A stretch of 64,000 nt of DNA, from the sequence record OL960577.1; one strand, 5' to 3'. Positions 52,247 through 63,074 of this stretch are shown here, one piece after another. This stretch comes from Escherichia phage vB_EcoM_SA35RD. The translations under genes and the position numbers were made by a program. Position 1 is the stretch's first letter, and every line of letters starts with the position of its first letter. The notes under the pieces are model-generated. The model did not search any database. It was not told the DNA's origin and saw nothing but the letters and a program-made list of their open reading frames with translations.

Positions 52247-52248
52247 TT

Positions 52249-52278
52249 AAAAAAAGGCCCGACCTTTTTGGAAGGGCC
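52249..52278 (-). terminator. rho-independent terminator
   Basis: GGCCC-13 nt-GGGCC hairpin followed by TTTTTTT on the minus strand. Confidence 0.45.
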
Positions 52279-52304
52279 AAAAACCATAGGCAAAAAAGGT
52301 AACA

Positions 52305-52472
52305 CTATAGTAAAAGTTGGGTTTCGTTCAATTGCTCTTCTGAACTTTCTGAAACCGGCAATTGTTGGACATAATTATAACAAGGACCAGGATGTGCTGG
52401 ACCTTTGTCTGTTTCAACAACCAATGCAGAATCGATTGGAGTTTTACAGACAACACAAATCTTATCTGACAT
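52305..52472 (-). CDS. hypothetical small Cys-containing protein (55 aa)
   Basis: Own translation MSDKICVVCKTPIDSALVVETDKGPAHPGPCYNY...; SD GGAGG; terminator at 52249..52278; the plus-strand track ORF 52268..52474 is its antisense. Confidence 0.4.
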   Translation of the reverse strand: MSDKICVVCKTPIDSALVVETDKGPAHPGPCYNYVQQLPVSESSEEQLNETQLLL

Positions 52473-52504
52473 GATTGCCTCCTAAGTTGAAATTACATAT
52501 CTAT

Positions 52505-52729
52505 TTATACCACTCGCATGCACATATCGATACCCATATCTTTTGTATAAAAATACTCGTCGATGTACCCGGCAAACTTCCCTTTAATATAAAGGACGTC
52601 TTCGCCACAAGGATGGTCTGCCAGGATACGAATATCCTGACGTCGTAGACGATACTTTTCCATTAAGAATTTAATTTCTGTTTCAAATTCTTCATCATTA
52701 TTAAAGGCATCTTCAATTGAATAACGCAT
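52505..52729 (-). CDS. hypothetical protein upstream of uvsY
   Basis: 74 aa ORF abutting the uvsY stop. Confidence 0.5.
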   Translation of the reverse strand: MRYSIEDAFNNDEEFETEIKFLMEKYRLRRQDIRILADHPCGEDVLYIKGKFAGYIDEYFYTKDMGIDMCMRVV

Positions 52730-53142
52730 TATTGCCCCGCTTCAAATTCTCGCATATCCTGGATATGTTTAAGTGCAAAACTACGAGACTTAACTGCATC
52801 AAGTGCACCACTACAGAACTCAAGTAAAATTCCCCAGTATTGTAAAGTAGTCTCTATTTTAAGCACATCTTTATCAGCAGCCAGGACAGTTTTCATTTCA
52901 GATTTCTCGTATCGGTCCATACTGAATTCATCACCGTCACCTCGTCCCGAGTAGTAGTCTAATCTCGCTTTTAGAGCAGTTTTCTTCTGAGTCTCTATAC
53001 GCAACATTTCTTTACGAATAAATGAGTGCTTACGTAGCCATTTGCTGTATAACTTAACATTATTCGCTGTCTCATATTGCAACTTTGTCGTATCAATAGC
53101 TAAGTCTGTGTCTAACTCTTCCTGTAAATCTTCCAGCTTCAT
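52729..53142 (-). CDS. uvsY: recombination mediator UvsY
   Basis: Start at ATG 53142 (MKLEDLQEEL...), 137 aa; ...LDYYSGRGDGDEFSMDRYEKSEMKTV... matches T4 UvsY; the longer track ORF is a 5' extension. Confidence 0.9.
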   Translation of the reverse strand: MKLEDLQEELDTDLAIDTTKLQYETANNVKLYSKWLRKHSFIRKEMLRIETQKKTALKARLDYYSGRGDGDEFSMDRYEKSEMKTVLAADKDVLKIETTLQYWGILLEFCSGALDAVKSRSFALKHIQDMREFEAGQ

Positions 53143-53197
53143 AATATTCTCTCTTTTAACTAATAATCTCCCGGCTGTATCGGAAGGACCTAAAACC

Positions 53198-53222
53198 ATT
53201 ATACATAGGTTGCCTTGAAGCA
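53198..53222 (-). promoter_or_regulatory. candidate middle promoter for uvsY
   Basis: Minus-strand MotA box TGCTTCA (53216..53222), 12 bp, -10 TATAAT (53198..53203), about 50 nt upstream of the uvsY ATG. Confidence 0.45.
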
Positions 53223-53621
53223 TTACACTCTATTGCTTGACGCTAACTGAAGTTTGATTTGTTCGATATCATCAGGGTTATCTACGACCGAAAATCTAAT
53301 CTCTACTATAACTGTATAGTCATCATATACTGGCGTTACACTTACAGAAAGTTTGTCGATGCGCGGCTCATAGTTACGGACGGCTGCCTGGATATTACGC
53401 TCAATCGTATCGGCTGTAAGTGGTGTCATGTTCTCGAAAAGTTCATCAACCAAATCGCATCCAAATTCAGGGTCGAAGGGGCGTGAGCCTTTTCTAGTTG
53501 TCACTATGCCAAGAAGACTATTTTTAATAGAACGAAGTCCTACAGAACGAGCAACGTCCTTGTTCCAATCCATACGCATTTCTGGGTCGATATCTGAATA
53601 AAGTTTATTGATATTAGACAT
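53223..53621 (-). CDS. 25: baseplate wedge protein gp25
   Basis: 132 aa as T4 gp25. Confidence 0.85.
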   Translation of the reverse strand: MSNINKLYSDIDPEMRMDWNKDVARSVGLRSIKNSLLGIVTTRKGSRPFDPEFGCDLVDELFENMTPLTADTIERNIQAAVRNYEPRIDKLSVSVTPVYDDYTVIVEIRFSVVDNPDDIEQIKLQLASSNRV

Positions 53622-54247
53622 TATAGTAACTCAAAGAATTCTTTGAGGCCTCGTATTGTGTGAACGTGTGACGCCCCACATTTGGGACATTTAATAGGGG
53701 TTGCCAGATAAATTGATGGCGATACCAAAAGATTTTTAATATTGATCATGTCATCTTCTGTTATAAGGCCGTAAAGGTCGTTTATTTCTGCTTCAGTTAA
53801 ATCTTCAACAGGGATGGACTCTCCATTGACAAAAACAGCCTCAATACATGAAGCAATCATTAATGCGATATTTTTATCGTCAAATAATTTAGGTTGACGG
53901 AACTTAATTTTAATACCACTGAACGAATACCAGGGATCGGCCTGTTCATCTAATTGAGTGTGCAATAAATTCATATAGACTTGAAATGAATGCCCACAGG
54001 AACAATTCCAGGTGTGTTCTTGATTCACTTCACCTAATGAATGTGCCCACAGATTTACCAACAATAACTCGGCTTCTTGTTTAGACAAGTTTTTAGCGTT
54101 AGAGCAATTAGTGATAATATTGTTCACTGCTGATTCAATAGTACCGGTAGCCCGCGCACCTATGAGTCCTAAATATTCTTTTAAAGTAAAGGCTCTACAA
54201 TTCACTTCTTTATCGCCTAAACGTACGGTAAACGTATATTTGTACAT
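53621..54247 (-). CDS. 26: baseplate hub protein gp26
   Basis: 208 aa as T4 gp26; late promoter on minus strand at 54266..54273. Confidence 0.85.
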   Translation of the reverse strand: MYKYTFTVRLGDKEVNCRAFTLKEYLGLIGARATGTIESAVNNIITNCSNAKNLSKQEAELLLVNLWAHSLGEVNQEHTWNCSCGHSFQVYMNLLHTQLDEQADPWYSFSGIKIKFRQPKLFDDKNIALMIASCIEAVFVNGESIPVEDLTEAEINDLYGLITEDDMINIKNLLVSPSIYLATPIKCPKCGASHVHTIRGLKEFFELL

Positions 54248-54265
54248 GTTAACTCCTTTATTGTG

Positions 54266-54277
54266 TATTTATAAATA
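54266..54277. promoter_or_regulatory. overlapping divergent late promoters for genes 26 and 51 (palindrome TATTTATAAATA)
   Basis: Plus TATAAATA at 54270..54277, 18 nt upstream of gene 51; minus TATAAATA at 54273..54266, 19 nt upstream of gene 26. Confidence 0.65.
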
Positions 54278-54294
54278 ATAGAAAAGGAGTAATT

Positions 54295-55047
54295 ATGGCT
54301 AATATAATTCGTTGTAAATTACCGGATGGTGTTCATCGTTTTAAGCCGTTCACTGTGGCGGATTATAGAGACTTTTTACTAGTTAGAAATGATATCGAAC
54401 ATCGTTCGCCGCAAGAACAAAAAGAAATAATTGCCGATCTGATTGATGATTATTTTGGCGAGTACCCTAAAACATGGCAACCATTTATATTCCTGCAAGT
54501 TTTTGCAGGCTCTATAGGCAAAACAAAAGTTCCTGTTATTTTCACTTGCCCTAAATGCTCTAAAGAAAAAACTGCACCATTTGAGATATATCAAAAAGAA
54601 CTAGTCGAACCTGAACTTGATGTTGCTGGTATAAAAATACGTTTTTCTTTCCCTGAAAAGTTTTATGACAACAAGGCATTAATGATAAGTGAAAACATAA
54701 AAGAAATATACTATAATGATGAATGGTACCCATGGAATGATTTGACTGAAGAGAACCAAATCCAAGTAATAGAAGCAATAGACATTGACTCGCTCGAGAA
54801 GGTTATTGCTTCTATGAATCCTATTAATTTGACCCTTAGATTAGGTTGTTGTGAACGACATGTTAAAACATATACTGATATCTTAGAGGTTTTTAAATTG
54901 TTAGTTAACCCTGATGAGATTTTTACATTCTATCAGATAAACCATTCACTGGTAAAGAGTCAATACACATTGGATTCTATTATGCAAATGATTCCTGTTG
55001 AACGTGGTATTGCTTTAACATTAGTAGAAAAGGACCATAAAAAATGA
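54295..55047 (+). CDS. 51: baseplate hub assembly catalyst gp51
   Basis: 250 aa; late promoter at 54270. Confidence 0.85.
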   Translation: MANIIRCKLPDGVHRFKPFTVADYRDFLLVRNDIEHRSPQEQKEIIADLIDDYFGEYPKTWQPFIFLQVFAGSIGKTKVPVIFTCPKCSKEKTAPFEIYQKELVEPELDVAGIKIRFSFPEKFYDNKALMISENIKEIYYNDEWYPWNDLTEENQIQVIEAIDIDSLEKVIASMNPINLTLRLGCCERHVKTYTDILEVFKLLVNPDEIFTFYQINHSLVKSQYTLDSIMQMIPVERGIALTLVEKDHKK

Positions 55048-56216
55048 AAGTATTCCAACGTCCAGGATATCCTAACTTAAGCGTTAAATTATACCAAGAT
55101 TATTCGGCTTGGCAAGAAAATAGATACGTTGAACTCGCAGCAACAATAACAACTTTAACCATGCGAGATTCGTTATATGGAAGAAATGAAGGGATTCTTC
55201 AATTTTATGACACTAAAAACATCCACACTAAAATGGACGGTAGACAGATAGTTCAAATCTCTGTTTCAAATTCAAACACGCCTCTCCAAGTTAGAACTCG
55301 AATTTATGGATGCAAACATTATTCTGTGTCTGTGGACTCAAAAGGTGACAATATTATTGCAATTGAGCTTGGAACAATACATTCTATAGAGAACCTTAAA
55401 TTTGGGCGACCATTCTTCCCGGACGCAGGCGAATCTATACGTGAAATGTTAGGTGTCATATACAAAGACCGTGCGTTAATTACTCCGCCAATAAACACTA
55501 TTAATGCTTATGTTCCTGATATCCCTTGGACAAGCACATTTGATGATTATTTGGCATATGTCAGAGAATTAGGACTTGCTACAGCGAGTGATAAGTTCGT
55601 ATTCGTATGGCAAGATATTTTAGGCGTAAACATGATTGACTATGATACTCTTATTGGTCAGGAAGGCATTAAGATGATTGTAGGCGAGCCAAATACCGTA
55701 GGTCAGTATATTCAAGAGCTTGAGTATCCATTAGTATGGGATTTCACCTGGATGACTAAAGCTAACCAATTTACAAGAGACCCTATTAAAAACGCCACGA
55801 TATTCGCTCATTCATTTTTAGATACATCTATTCCGGTTATTGTTACAGGCGATGGTGATAATGCTATTGTTGTGTCAAGATCCGGTGGATATTCCGAAAT
55901 GACCTATCGTAATGGATTTGAAGAAGCAAGTCGTCTTCAGACAATGGCTCAATATGACGGATATGCTAAATGCACTACTACAGGTAATTTTAACATAACT
56001 CCTGCTACTAAAATTATATTTGTTGACCAAAAGAACCAATTCAAATCCGAATTTTACGTAGATGAAGTTATTCATGAGTTATCAAATAACAACTCACAAA
56101 CTCATCTGTACATGTTTACCAACTCAATGGTGTTAGAACCTGTTAACCCAGTTAAGGTTAAAAATGAACTTAAATCTGATTCTACCTCTAAAGAAAATAA
56201 TTCTACCACAGTCTAA
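55044..56216 (+). CDS. 27: baseplate hub protein gp27
   Basis: 390 aa (T4 gp27 about 391). Confidence 0.85.
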   Translation: MKVFQRPGYPNLSVKLYQDYSAWQENRYVELAATITTLTMRDSLYGRNEGILQFYDTKNIHTKMDGRQIVQISVSNSNTPLQVRTRIYGCKHYSVSVDSKGDNIIAIELGTIHSIENLKFGRPFFPDAGESIREMLGVIYKDRALITPPINTINAYVPDIPWTSTFDDYLAYVRELGLATASDKFVFVWQDILGVNMIDYDTLIGQEGIKMIVGEPNTVGQYIQELEYPLVWDFTWMTKANQFTRDPIKNATIFAHSFLDTSIPVIVTGDGDNAIVVSRSGGYSEMTYRNGFEEASRLQTMAQYDGYAKCTTTGNFNITPATKIIFVDQKNQFKSEFYVDEVIHELSNNNSQTHLYMFTNSMVLEPVNPVKVKNELKSDSTSKENNSTTV

Positions 56217-56697
56217 TAAAAAGGTAATGATTCCTAAATTAGGGCTCAAACATTATAATCTTTTAAAGGACGTTAAAGGTCCTGACGAAAACATGAAAAT
56301 CTTAGCTGATTCTATTTGTAAAAATATGAGTCCTGCAGATTTTGATTTTGCATGTCTACACATATTGGAATTTAATAACAAACTTAAGTCTGAAGTTGAA
56401 AAAGACGGATTCACGTATAAACTAGATGACGTCTATGTATGCCAACGAACAGAATTCCAATTCCAAGGCAATACTTTTTATTTTAGACCTCCAGGCAAAT
56501 TTGAACAATTCGCTACAATCAGTGAAATGCTATCAAATTGCTTAATAAAAGTTAATGACGAAGAGAAAGAAATTTCTTTCCTTGAGATGCCTGCTTTTGT
56601 AATCAAATGGGCAGAAGACCTTTCGACAACTATTGCTATTCCAGGCCCTAATGGCCCTATTAAGGGTATAGCAGAAATTATTGGATTGCTTGAATGA
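56164..56697 (+). CDS. 28: baseplate hub distal protein gp28
   Basis: 177 aa as T4 gp28; overlaps the end of gene 27. Confidence 0.8.
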   Translation: MNLNLILPLKKIILPQSNKKVMIPKLGLKHYNLLKDVKGPDENMKILADSICKNMSPADFDFACLHILEFNNKLKSEVEKDGFTYKLDDVYVCQRTEFQFQGNTFYFRPPGKFEQFATISEMLSNCLIKVNDEEKEISFLEMPAFVIKWAEDLSTTIAIPGPNGPIKGIAEIIGLLE

Positions 56698-58466
56698 AAC
56701 CTGAAGAAATGAAATCCATGCGTAGAAATAAGGTCATTGCCGATAATAAACCACAAAAAGTAGCTGCAACAGCAGCTACCGATTCATTAGAAGCATTGAA
56801 TGACATTTCATCAAAACTAGACGATGTCCAAGCCGCGTCTGAACTCACATCACAAAGTGTAGAAGATAAAGGCAATGGAATTATTGAATCAATTGGAGAC
56901 TTAAAGAATTCGACAGATAATACTGCTGAAGGCACAGAGCTTATCGCAGAAGTTATTGAAAAACAAACTGAAGTCACTAAAAGTATAAACGAAGTTTCTA
57001 GTGCAATAAGCTCTAAGTTAGACCGATTAGCTACATTATTAGAGCAAAAATTACAAACATCTACCGCTATTCAAAATACAGGAGGCACCTCTCTTGAAGT
57101 AATTGAGAACGCAATACCTGTTAAAGTGGTTGAGAATGAAACTTCTGATGAGTTGTTTAAAGCATTACCTACACCTGAAAAGATTGATAATAAGCCAGAC
57201 GAAGATTTCTTCCCAGCCCCGGTTCAAGAAAGTGCTAATTCTACTTCCGATTCTAAAGGCGGAATTAGCTTTAAATTGAGCGATAAAATTGCAATGCTCA
57301 CCAAAACAGTTCAAACCGGGTTTAATAAATCAATATCAATTTCGGACAGAATTGCTGGAATGCTTTTCAAATACACTATAACGGCCGCTATTGAAGCAGC
57401 AAAAATGGCCGCACTTATTCTTGGTATTGTTATCGGTATTGATTTATTGATAGTCCATTTCAAATATTGGACAGACAAGTTCACTTCTGCTTGGGATTTA
57501 TTTGATGAAAACTTTACTAAATTCTCTGATGAAGCTAAAGAGTGGGGTAAATTCTTAAGTGATATATTCACTTCTATTGACTCGATAAAACAATTGTGGG
57601 AAGCTGGAGACTGGGGCGGTTTAACCGTTGCTATTGTCAAAGGTGTAGGAACGGCATTAATGAACTTAGGTGAACTAATTCAATTAGGAATGGCTAAACT
57701 CTCCGCGTCTATATTGCGTGCTATAGGTTTTGGTGATACTGCGGACGAAATAGAAGGACGTGCTTTGGAAGGATTCCAAGAAACTACTGGGAATAAATTA
57801 AAGAAAGAAGACCAAGAGAAAGTCGCTAAATATCAAATGAAGCGTGACGATGGGGAATTAGGAACCGTTTCTAAAGGTCTTGATATGTTACAACGCGGCA
57901 AAACATTCGTTACTAACTGGGTTCGTGGTAATGACAATAAAGAAGAGTTTAGTACAAGCGATGAGCGTGCTGCGGAATCAGCAAAATTAAAAGAGTTACC
58001 TGAAGAGGAGCGTAAAGAGGCATACATAAAAGCGAATGAAACTCGTGCGGCACTGGTTAGATTTGAGGATTATATCGATAAAATCGATATGACTAATCCG
58101 GAAAATGCTAAAAACGTTGAGAAGTCTTATGCTGATTTAAGTAAACTTATTAAAGACCCTGAACTTAATAAAACTCCTGTTGTTAAAAAGGAATTAGATG
58201 CTAGATTTGAAAAGCTAAATAATAAAATGGCTGAAGCCAAAAAGGCTCAGACCACAGTTAAGCCTGAATCTTCGTCTAAATCTCCGGAAGCAAAACAAGT
58301 TCAGTCAATAGAGAAAGGACGTGCTTCTGAATCTAAACAACAGCAACCGGTAGCGGCGATTAGTAACACAAATAATGTCGTCAAAAAGAATACCGTAGTC
58401 CAGAATATGGCCCCTGTAACAAGTACAACGGCTCCTGGAATTTTCCATGCCACCGGTGTTAATTAA
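56694..58466 (+). CDS. 29: tail tape-measure / baseplate hub protein gp29
   Basis: 590 aa as T4 gp29. Confidence 0.85.
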   Translation: MKPEEMKSMRRNKVIADNKPQKVAATAATDSLEALNDISSKLDDVQAASELTSQSVEDKGNGIIESIGDLKNSTDNTAEGTELIAEVIEKQTEVTKSINEVSSAISSKLDRLATLLEQKLQTSTAIQNTGGTSLEVIENAIPVKVVENETSDELFKALPTPEKIDNKPDEDFFPAPVQESANSTSDSKGGISFKLSDKIAMLTKTVQTGFNKSISISDRIAGMLFKYTITAAIEAAKMAALILGIVIGIDLLIVHFKYWTDKFTSAWDLFDENFTKFSDEAKEWGKFLSDIFTSIDSIKQLWEAGDWGGLTVAIVKGVGTALMNLGELIQLGMAKLSASILRAIGFGDTADEIEGRALEGFQETTGNKLKKEDQEKVAKYQMKRDDGELGTVSKGLDMLQRGKTFVTNWVRGNDNKEEFSTSDERAAESAKLKELPEEERKEAYIKANETRAALVRFEDYIDKIDMTNPENAKNVEKSYADLSKLIKDPELNKTPVVKKELDARFEKLNNKMAEAKKAQTTVKPESSSKSPEAKQVQSIEKGRASESKQQQPVAAISNTNNVVKKNTVVQNMAPVTSTTAPGIFHATGVN

Positions 58467-58474
58467 GGATTATT

Positions 58475-59584
58475 ATGATTAGTGTAAAAGAAATAGTAGT
58501 AGATGCAAAGGATTTAAATAAAGCAATCCCAGTCTCAGAAAGTGCTGGGCAAAGCACTAAAACCGAAACAACTACTAAAACTTATGTTGCTCAATTTCCT
58601 ACAGGAAGAGCAGCCGGAAATGACTCCACAGGAGACTTCCAGGTAACAGACCTTTATAAGAACGGATTATTATTTACCGCGTACAATATGTCTGCACGCG
58701 ATTCAGGATCCCTCAGGAATTTACGTCCGGCGTATGCCGGAACTTCATCTAATGGTATCATATCAGATTTAACTGATAATGTGAAAGATGCAGTGACTAA
58801 ATTCTCTAATGGGTTGCTTCCTGCCGGAGCTAATAAATCTACTATAAATAAAACTCCTGTTGCCAATATCCTTTTGCCACGTTCCAAATCTGACGTTGAT
58901 ACAACTTCACATCGTTTTAATGATATCGGTGATAGCCTTATTACTAAAGGTGGAGGTACTGCTACGGGTGTTTTAAGTAACATTGCTTCTACTGCAGTTT
59001 TTGGTGCATTAGATTCTATTACTCAAGGGCTTATGGCTGATAATAACGAACAGATTTATACGACTTCTCGTAGTATGTATGGCGGTGCTGAGAACCGTAC
59101 TAAAGTCTTTACATGGGATTTAACTCCACGTTCAACTGAAGACCTTATGGCTATTATAAACATTTACCAGTATTTTAACTATTTCTCATATGGTGAGACC
59201 GGTAAATCACAGTACGCCCAAGAGATTAAAAGTTATTTAGACGAATGGTATCGTTCAACGTTTATTGAGCCTATGACGCCAGATGATGCAGTAAAAAATA
59301 AGACATTGTTTGAAAAGATTACTGCGTCATTAACAAACGTATTAGTTGTAAGCAACCCTACAATTTGGATGGTTAAAAACTTTGGTTATACATCTAAATT
59401 TGATGGATTAACTGACGTATTTGGCCCATGTCAAATTCAAAGTGTACGTTTTGATAAAACTCCAAATGGACAATTTAATGGTCTCGCTGTTGCTCCTAAC
59501 TTACCATCAACATTTACGTTAGAGATAACAATGCGAGAAATTATTACATTAAACCGTTCTTCACTTTATGCGGGGACTTTCTAA
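58475..59584 (+). CDS. 48: baseplate-tail tube junction protein gp48
   Basis: 369 aa; position as T4 gp48. Confidence 0.85.
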   Translation: MISVKEIVVDAKDLNKAIPVSESAGQSTKTETTTKTYVAQFPTGRAAGNDSTGDFQVTDLYKNGLLFTAYNMSARDSGSLRNLRPAYAGTSSNGIISDLTDNVKDAVTKFSNGLLPAGANKSTINKTPVANILLPRSKSDVDTTSHRFNDIGDSLITKGGGTATGVLSNIASTAVFGALDSITQGLMADNNEQIYTTSRSMYGGAENRTKVFTWDLTPRSTEDLMAIINIYQYFNYFSYGETGKSQYAQEIKSYLDEWYRSTFIEPMTPDDAVKNKTLFEKITASLTNVLVVSNPTIWMVKNFGYTSKFDGLTDVFGPCQIQSVRFDKTPNGQFNGLAVAPNLPSTFTLEITMREIITLNRSSLYAGTF

Positions 59585-60546
59585 TGTACTCTTTAGAAGA
59601 ATTTAATAACCACGCTATAAATGCGGATTTCCAACGAAACAATATGTTTAGTTGTGTATTTGCTACTACCCCATCGACCAAATCATCTTCACTAATTTCG
59701 TCAATTGGTAGTTTTGCTTATAATAACTTAGGGTTGGATTCAGATTGGCTAGGATTGTCTCAAGGTGATATCAATCAGGGCGTAACAACCCTGATTACAG
59801 CAGGAACACAGAAATTAATTCGAAAATCGGGTGCAAGTAAATATCTGATTGGAGCAATGAGTCAACGTACGGTACAAAGCTTGTTAGGTGAGTTCACAGT
59901 AGGAACTTATCTGATAGACTTCTTCAATATGGCATATAATAATACAGGTTTAATGATTTATTCTGTAAAAATGCCTGAGAACCGATTATCTTATGAAACG
60001 GATTTCAACTATAACTCCCCGAACATCCGAATTACCGGTCGTGAAATGGACCCGTTAGTAATAAGCTTTAGAATGGATTCCGAAGCATCTAACTTTAGAG
60101 CAATGCAAGACTGGGTAAACTCAGTCCAAGACCCTGTAACAGGTCTTCGTGCTTTACCACAAGACGTCGAAGCAGATATTCAGGTTAATTTACACGCACG
60201 AAATGGTTTACCGCATACCGCTGTCATGTTCACCGGATGTATTCCTGTTAGTGTCTCTTCTCCTGAGTTAACGTATGATGGTGATAATCAGATAACAGTT
60301 TTTGATGTAACATTTGCTTATCGCGTTATGCAATCAGGTGCTGTAAATAGACAGGCTGCTTTAGAATGGTTGGAATCAGGACTTATTAGTAGTGTTTCAG
60401 GAATGTTTGGAAATAATCAGAATGATTCTGGACTAGGAAGTGCAGTATCAAGACTTTCTAGATTAGGTGGGACTGCTGGTGGTGTGTCTAATATAAACAC
60501 ATTGACAGGTGTTGTGAATTCTGCGTCAAGAGTTTTAGGACTATAA
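59584..60546 (+). CDS. 54: baseplate-tail tube initiator gp54
   Basis: 320 aa as T4 gp54; terminator follows. Confidence 0.85.
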   Translation: MYSLEEFNNHAINADFQRNNMFSCVFATTPSTKSSSLISSIGSFAYNNLGLDSDWLGLSQGDINQGVTTLITAGTQKLIRKSGASKYLIGAMSQRTVQSLLGEFTVGTYLIDFFNMAYNNTGLMIYSVKMPENRLSYETDFNYNSPNIRITGREMDPLVISFRMDSEASNFRAMQDWVNSVQDPVTGLRALPQDVEADIQVNLHARNGLPHTAVMFTGCIPVSVSSPELTYDGDNQITVFDVTFAYRVMQSGAVNRQAALEWLESGLISSVSGMFGNNQNDSGLGSAVSRLSRLGGTAGGVSNINTLTGVVNSASRVLGL

Positions 60547-60552
60547 GAAAAA

Positions 60553-60580
60553 GGGAGACGTTGTCTCCCTTTAGGGGTTT
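60553..60580. terminator. bidirectional terminator after gene 54
   Basis: GGGAGAC-GTT-GTCTCCC hairpin; TTTAGGGGTTTATTT on plus and TTTTT on minus. Confidence 0.65.
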
Positions 60581-60872
60581 ATTTACGGAATGAAAGGAAT
60601 GCTGGTGCTCGGAATGGAGTATCATCTTTAGAGTATTTAACTAATACGACCATTGGTACCTCTGTTTCTAAATGACCTGTCACTACACCGATAAAAATTT
60701 GATCAGTGTGCTCAGGGTCACGAAAGTTTTTAAGAGGTTCCATAGCAATATGGAATGCACCTGGGAATACTCGATTCAATTCGTCAATCACAGCTTCGTT
60801 AAAAACATCATCCGCTGGGATAGCATCTTCAACTACTAGTTCTTGACCATTAAAGCGAAGCATAGATTTCAT
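60579..60872 (-). CDS. hypothetical protein downstream of alt
   Basis: Start at ATG 60872 (MKSMLRFNGQ), SD GAGGAAAA; early-promoter cassette at 60902..60931 lies inside the longer track ORF. Confidence 0.5.
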   Translation of the reverse strand: MKSMLRFNGQELVVEDAIPADDVFNEAVIDELNRVFPGAFHIAMEPLKNFRDPEHTDQIFIGVVTGHLETEVPMVVLVKYSKDDTPFRAPAFLSFRK

Positions 60873-60901
60873 AACGTTTTCCTCATGTTGTTGATGGGAT
60901 G

Positions 60902-60931
60902 ATAGTATCACACATCCATGTGTTTGTAAAC
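60902..60931 (-). promoter_or_regulatory. early promoter cassette
   Basis: -35 GTTTAC, 18 bp, -10 TACTAT; overlaps the alt stop codon. Confidence 0.45.
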
Positions 60932-63018
60932 TATCCTTGGACAAATTTAAACGGAACTGATTCTAAATCCATTAAAGATGCTAACAATTTCAAACCTTTA
61001 GGTGCACTAGTTTTTTCTACAAATGAAGCAAAAGATACCGGCTCATCTGATTCGATTTCACCCGTCATAGCAACCACATCGCCTGTTTCCATGAGAACAT
61101 CGCCATCGTAAATGACAGCTTCGTCCAACTGGTCCGAGGACATGACTTCAGCTTGAATAAATTTAAGGTTGGATTCTAAACCTGCACCAGTATCAGATGA
61201 CGCATCTGTAATTTTATTTATCTGCAAGAGGATGCCTCTAGGCAAAATAATTTCTTGCTCATTAGGGTGATTACTCAACTGTCCTGGATAAATCACGTTA
61301 ACTTTATGGGCACCATCAATAGCCCATCCGACGTTAACACGGATTTGTTCTGGTGCATGTATAGCTGTTCTTACTTGACTAGGAGAAATAGTAACACCTT
61401 CGTCATTATTGTCAATGTTAAGCTCTTTGCGAACTTCTTCAGGAGCAAGTCCAAGGGCAACGTTCTCTTTAAACCCACCGAAAATAATAGGAGCTAGTGA
61501 AGTGGAAACATAGTTTCTGAAGTAGAATACCTTATTTTTAACCATTGCTTCGTAAATAGGCATTCTGATAGACTGAGCTCTATATAACGTTAGTCCTTCA
61601 GGTAAACGGTCTCCATTTAAAAACGCCGAATCAAGACCATCAATAGCGCGTTTAACTTCATCTTCATCCGCAACATCGTAAAAATCTGGTTTATAACGAC
61701 CTAACAACATGTTATTGATATCGGTATACGCAGAAGAGGCGTATTCACGAATAGCTCGTTTTTCAGCAACAGAGTATTGTTTAGGGTCCCGATTCATTGT
61801 TATATTAAAGGTGCCTCTAGCCGATTCTCGTGCATAAGTATACATCACATTAGACAAGAACGCTGATTTACGTTGTTTCCAAGTTCTTTCAGATACTTCA
61901 GCTAAAACGTCATCAGGCAGTTGGAAATTATCACGTCTAAAATCTTCAAACCATTCGTCTTTAATAGAGTCTGCAATTTCATTTGCAGCTTCAACAAAAG
62001 CAGCTAATGCTTTAACAGATGTTGTTTTTTCGGTTTTAATTTTCTTAGCAAACTTTTCTAAAGTCGGCTTAATAACACTACCATAAGAAACTTCATCGGC
62101 AAATTTAAAGGATTCATCAATACGATTATAAATCTTATTTTCGATATCAGCAACTAAAGTGCCTTTTGCTGTGGACGATGCTTGGGCTAGTACGATTTCA
62201 TATGCTTCAGGAAGTAATTCGGCTGTAGCCGGGCCACTAACTTCTTTAGCAGAATTTTCGTATTTCTGGAATAACTCACCTTCTTGGCGGTCAGCTTCTA
62301 AAGATTGACTTGCTGCAATAGCACGACGAGAAATTTTAGTACGAGCAATAACAGGCTTATCTTTACGTTTTTCTTCTACAGCAGCAATAGAACCAGCGAT
62401 AGCCGTTTCTTTGGTGACCTTTTCGCCGGTCTTTTTACTCACATAAACTTCGCCAACATCAGAATCTACTTTCGTGTACAACTCTGTGTTAATGTTAGGG
62501 ATGCCTTTAATATCTTCAATGTTGGCATTTTTACGAACCATCATCACATAGGTGTGTTTACCTGTGAATTGATACATTGCCGACAATACTTTAAAACGAC
62601 CACCGGTTTTAGTAGAAACTAAACGAGCAAGAAGAGTTTGAAGCTGTTGTCCACGTCCTTTCAATTTCTTGGTAGGGAACCGGAACAGAACTGCATCCAT
62701 ACGAAGAGCTTTAACCTGTTCATATACTGTATTGAAAATAGTGTTGATTGCATCAATAGGAGCAGGGCCAAGGCCATTTTTCAATTCAGCGAGATTACCC
62801 TTTTCAGATAGACTCATAATAACAACATGAGCGTATTTGTCGCCAAGTTTAACTTGTTTTACTGCGTCGCCTTCAGAAAGGTAAGAGAATAAGCGAACTA
62901 CGATGTTTGTATCGATATCACCAATTTTCCAGACTTGTGGAACTTTAGCTTTAGGGTTCAAATTGACGACAGGAAGACTGCCTTCAGATTCAAACACTTC
63001 ATTTAATTGTTCAGACAT
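60931..63018 (-). CDS. alt: Alt ADP-ribosyltransferase (head-packaged, modifies host RNA polymerase)
   Basis: 695 aa; ...GLTLYRAQSI...FYFRNYVSTSL...EIILPRG (R/STS/E ART-like triad); position next to gene 54. Confidence 0.8.
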   Translation of the reverse strand: MSEQLNEVFESEGSLPVVNLNPKAKVPQVWKIGDIDTNIVVRLFSYLSEGDAVKQVKLGDKYAHVVIMSLSEKGNLAELKNGLGPAPIDAINTIFNTVYEQVKALRMDAVLFRFPTKKLKGRGQQLQTLLARLVSTKTGGRFKVLSAMYQFTGKHTYVMMVRKNANIEDIKGIPNINTELYTKVDSDVGEVYVSKKTGEKVTKETAIAGSIAAVEEKRKDKPVIARTKISRRAIAASQSLEADRQEGELFQKYENSAKEVSGPATAELLPEAYEIVLAQASSTAKGTLVADIENKIYNRIDESFKFADEVSYGSVIKPTLEKFAKKIKTEKTTSVKALAAFVEAANEIADSIKDEWFEDFRRDNFQLPDDVLAEVSERTWKQRKSAFLSNVMYTYARESARGTFNITMNRDPKQYSVAEKRAIREYASSAYTDINNMLLGRYKPDFYDVADEDEVKRAIDGLDSAFLNGDRLPEGLTLYRAQSIRMPIYEAMVKNKVFYFRNYVSTSLAPIIFGGFKENVALGLAPEEVRKELNIDNNDEGVTISPSQVRTAIHAPEQIRVNVGWAIDGAHKVNVIYPGQLSNHPNEQEIILPRGILLQINKITDASSDTGAGLESNLKFIQAEVMSSDQLDEAVIYDGDVLMETGDVVAMTGEIESDEPVSFASFVEKTSAPKGLKLLASLMDLESVPFKFVQG

Positions 63019-63054
63019 AGTGTTTTCCTTTTAGTAATAATTTATATTTATGCC

Positions 63055-63074
63055 AAAAAGAGCCCGAAGGCTCT
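63055..63074 (-). terminator. terminator between the small ORF and alt
   Basis: GAGCC-CGAA-GGCTC hairpin followed by TTTTTGG on the minus strand. Confidence 0.5.

Noticed and set aside
52268-52474. Plus-strand ORF from the track (68 aa)
   Set aside because: The minus-strand 52305..52472 ORF has an SD and terminator; the plus-strand frame has neither.
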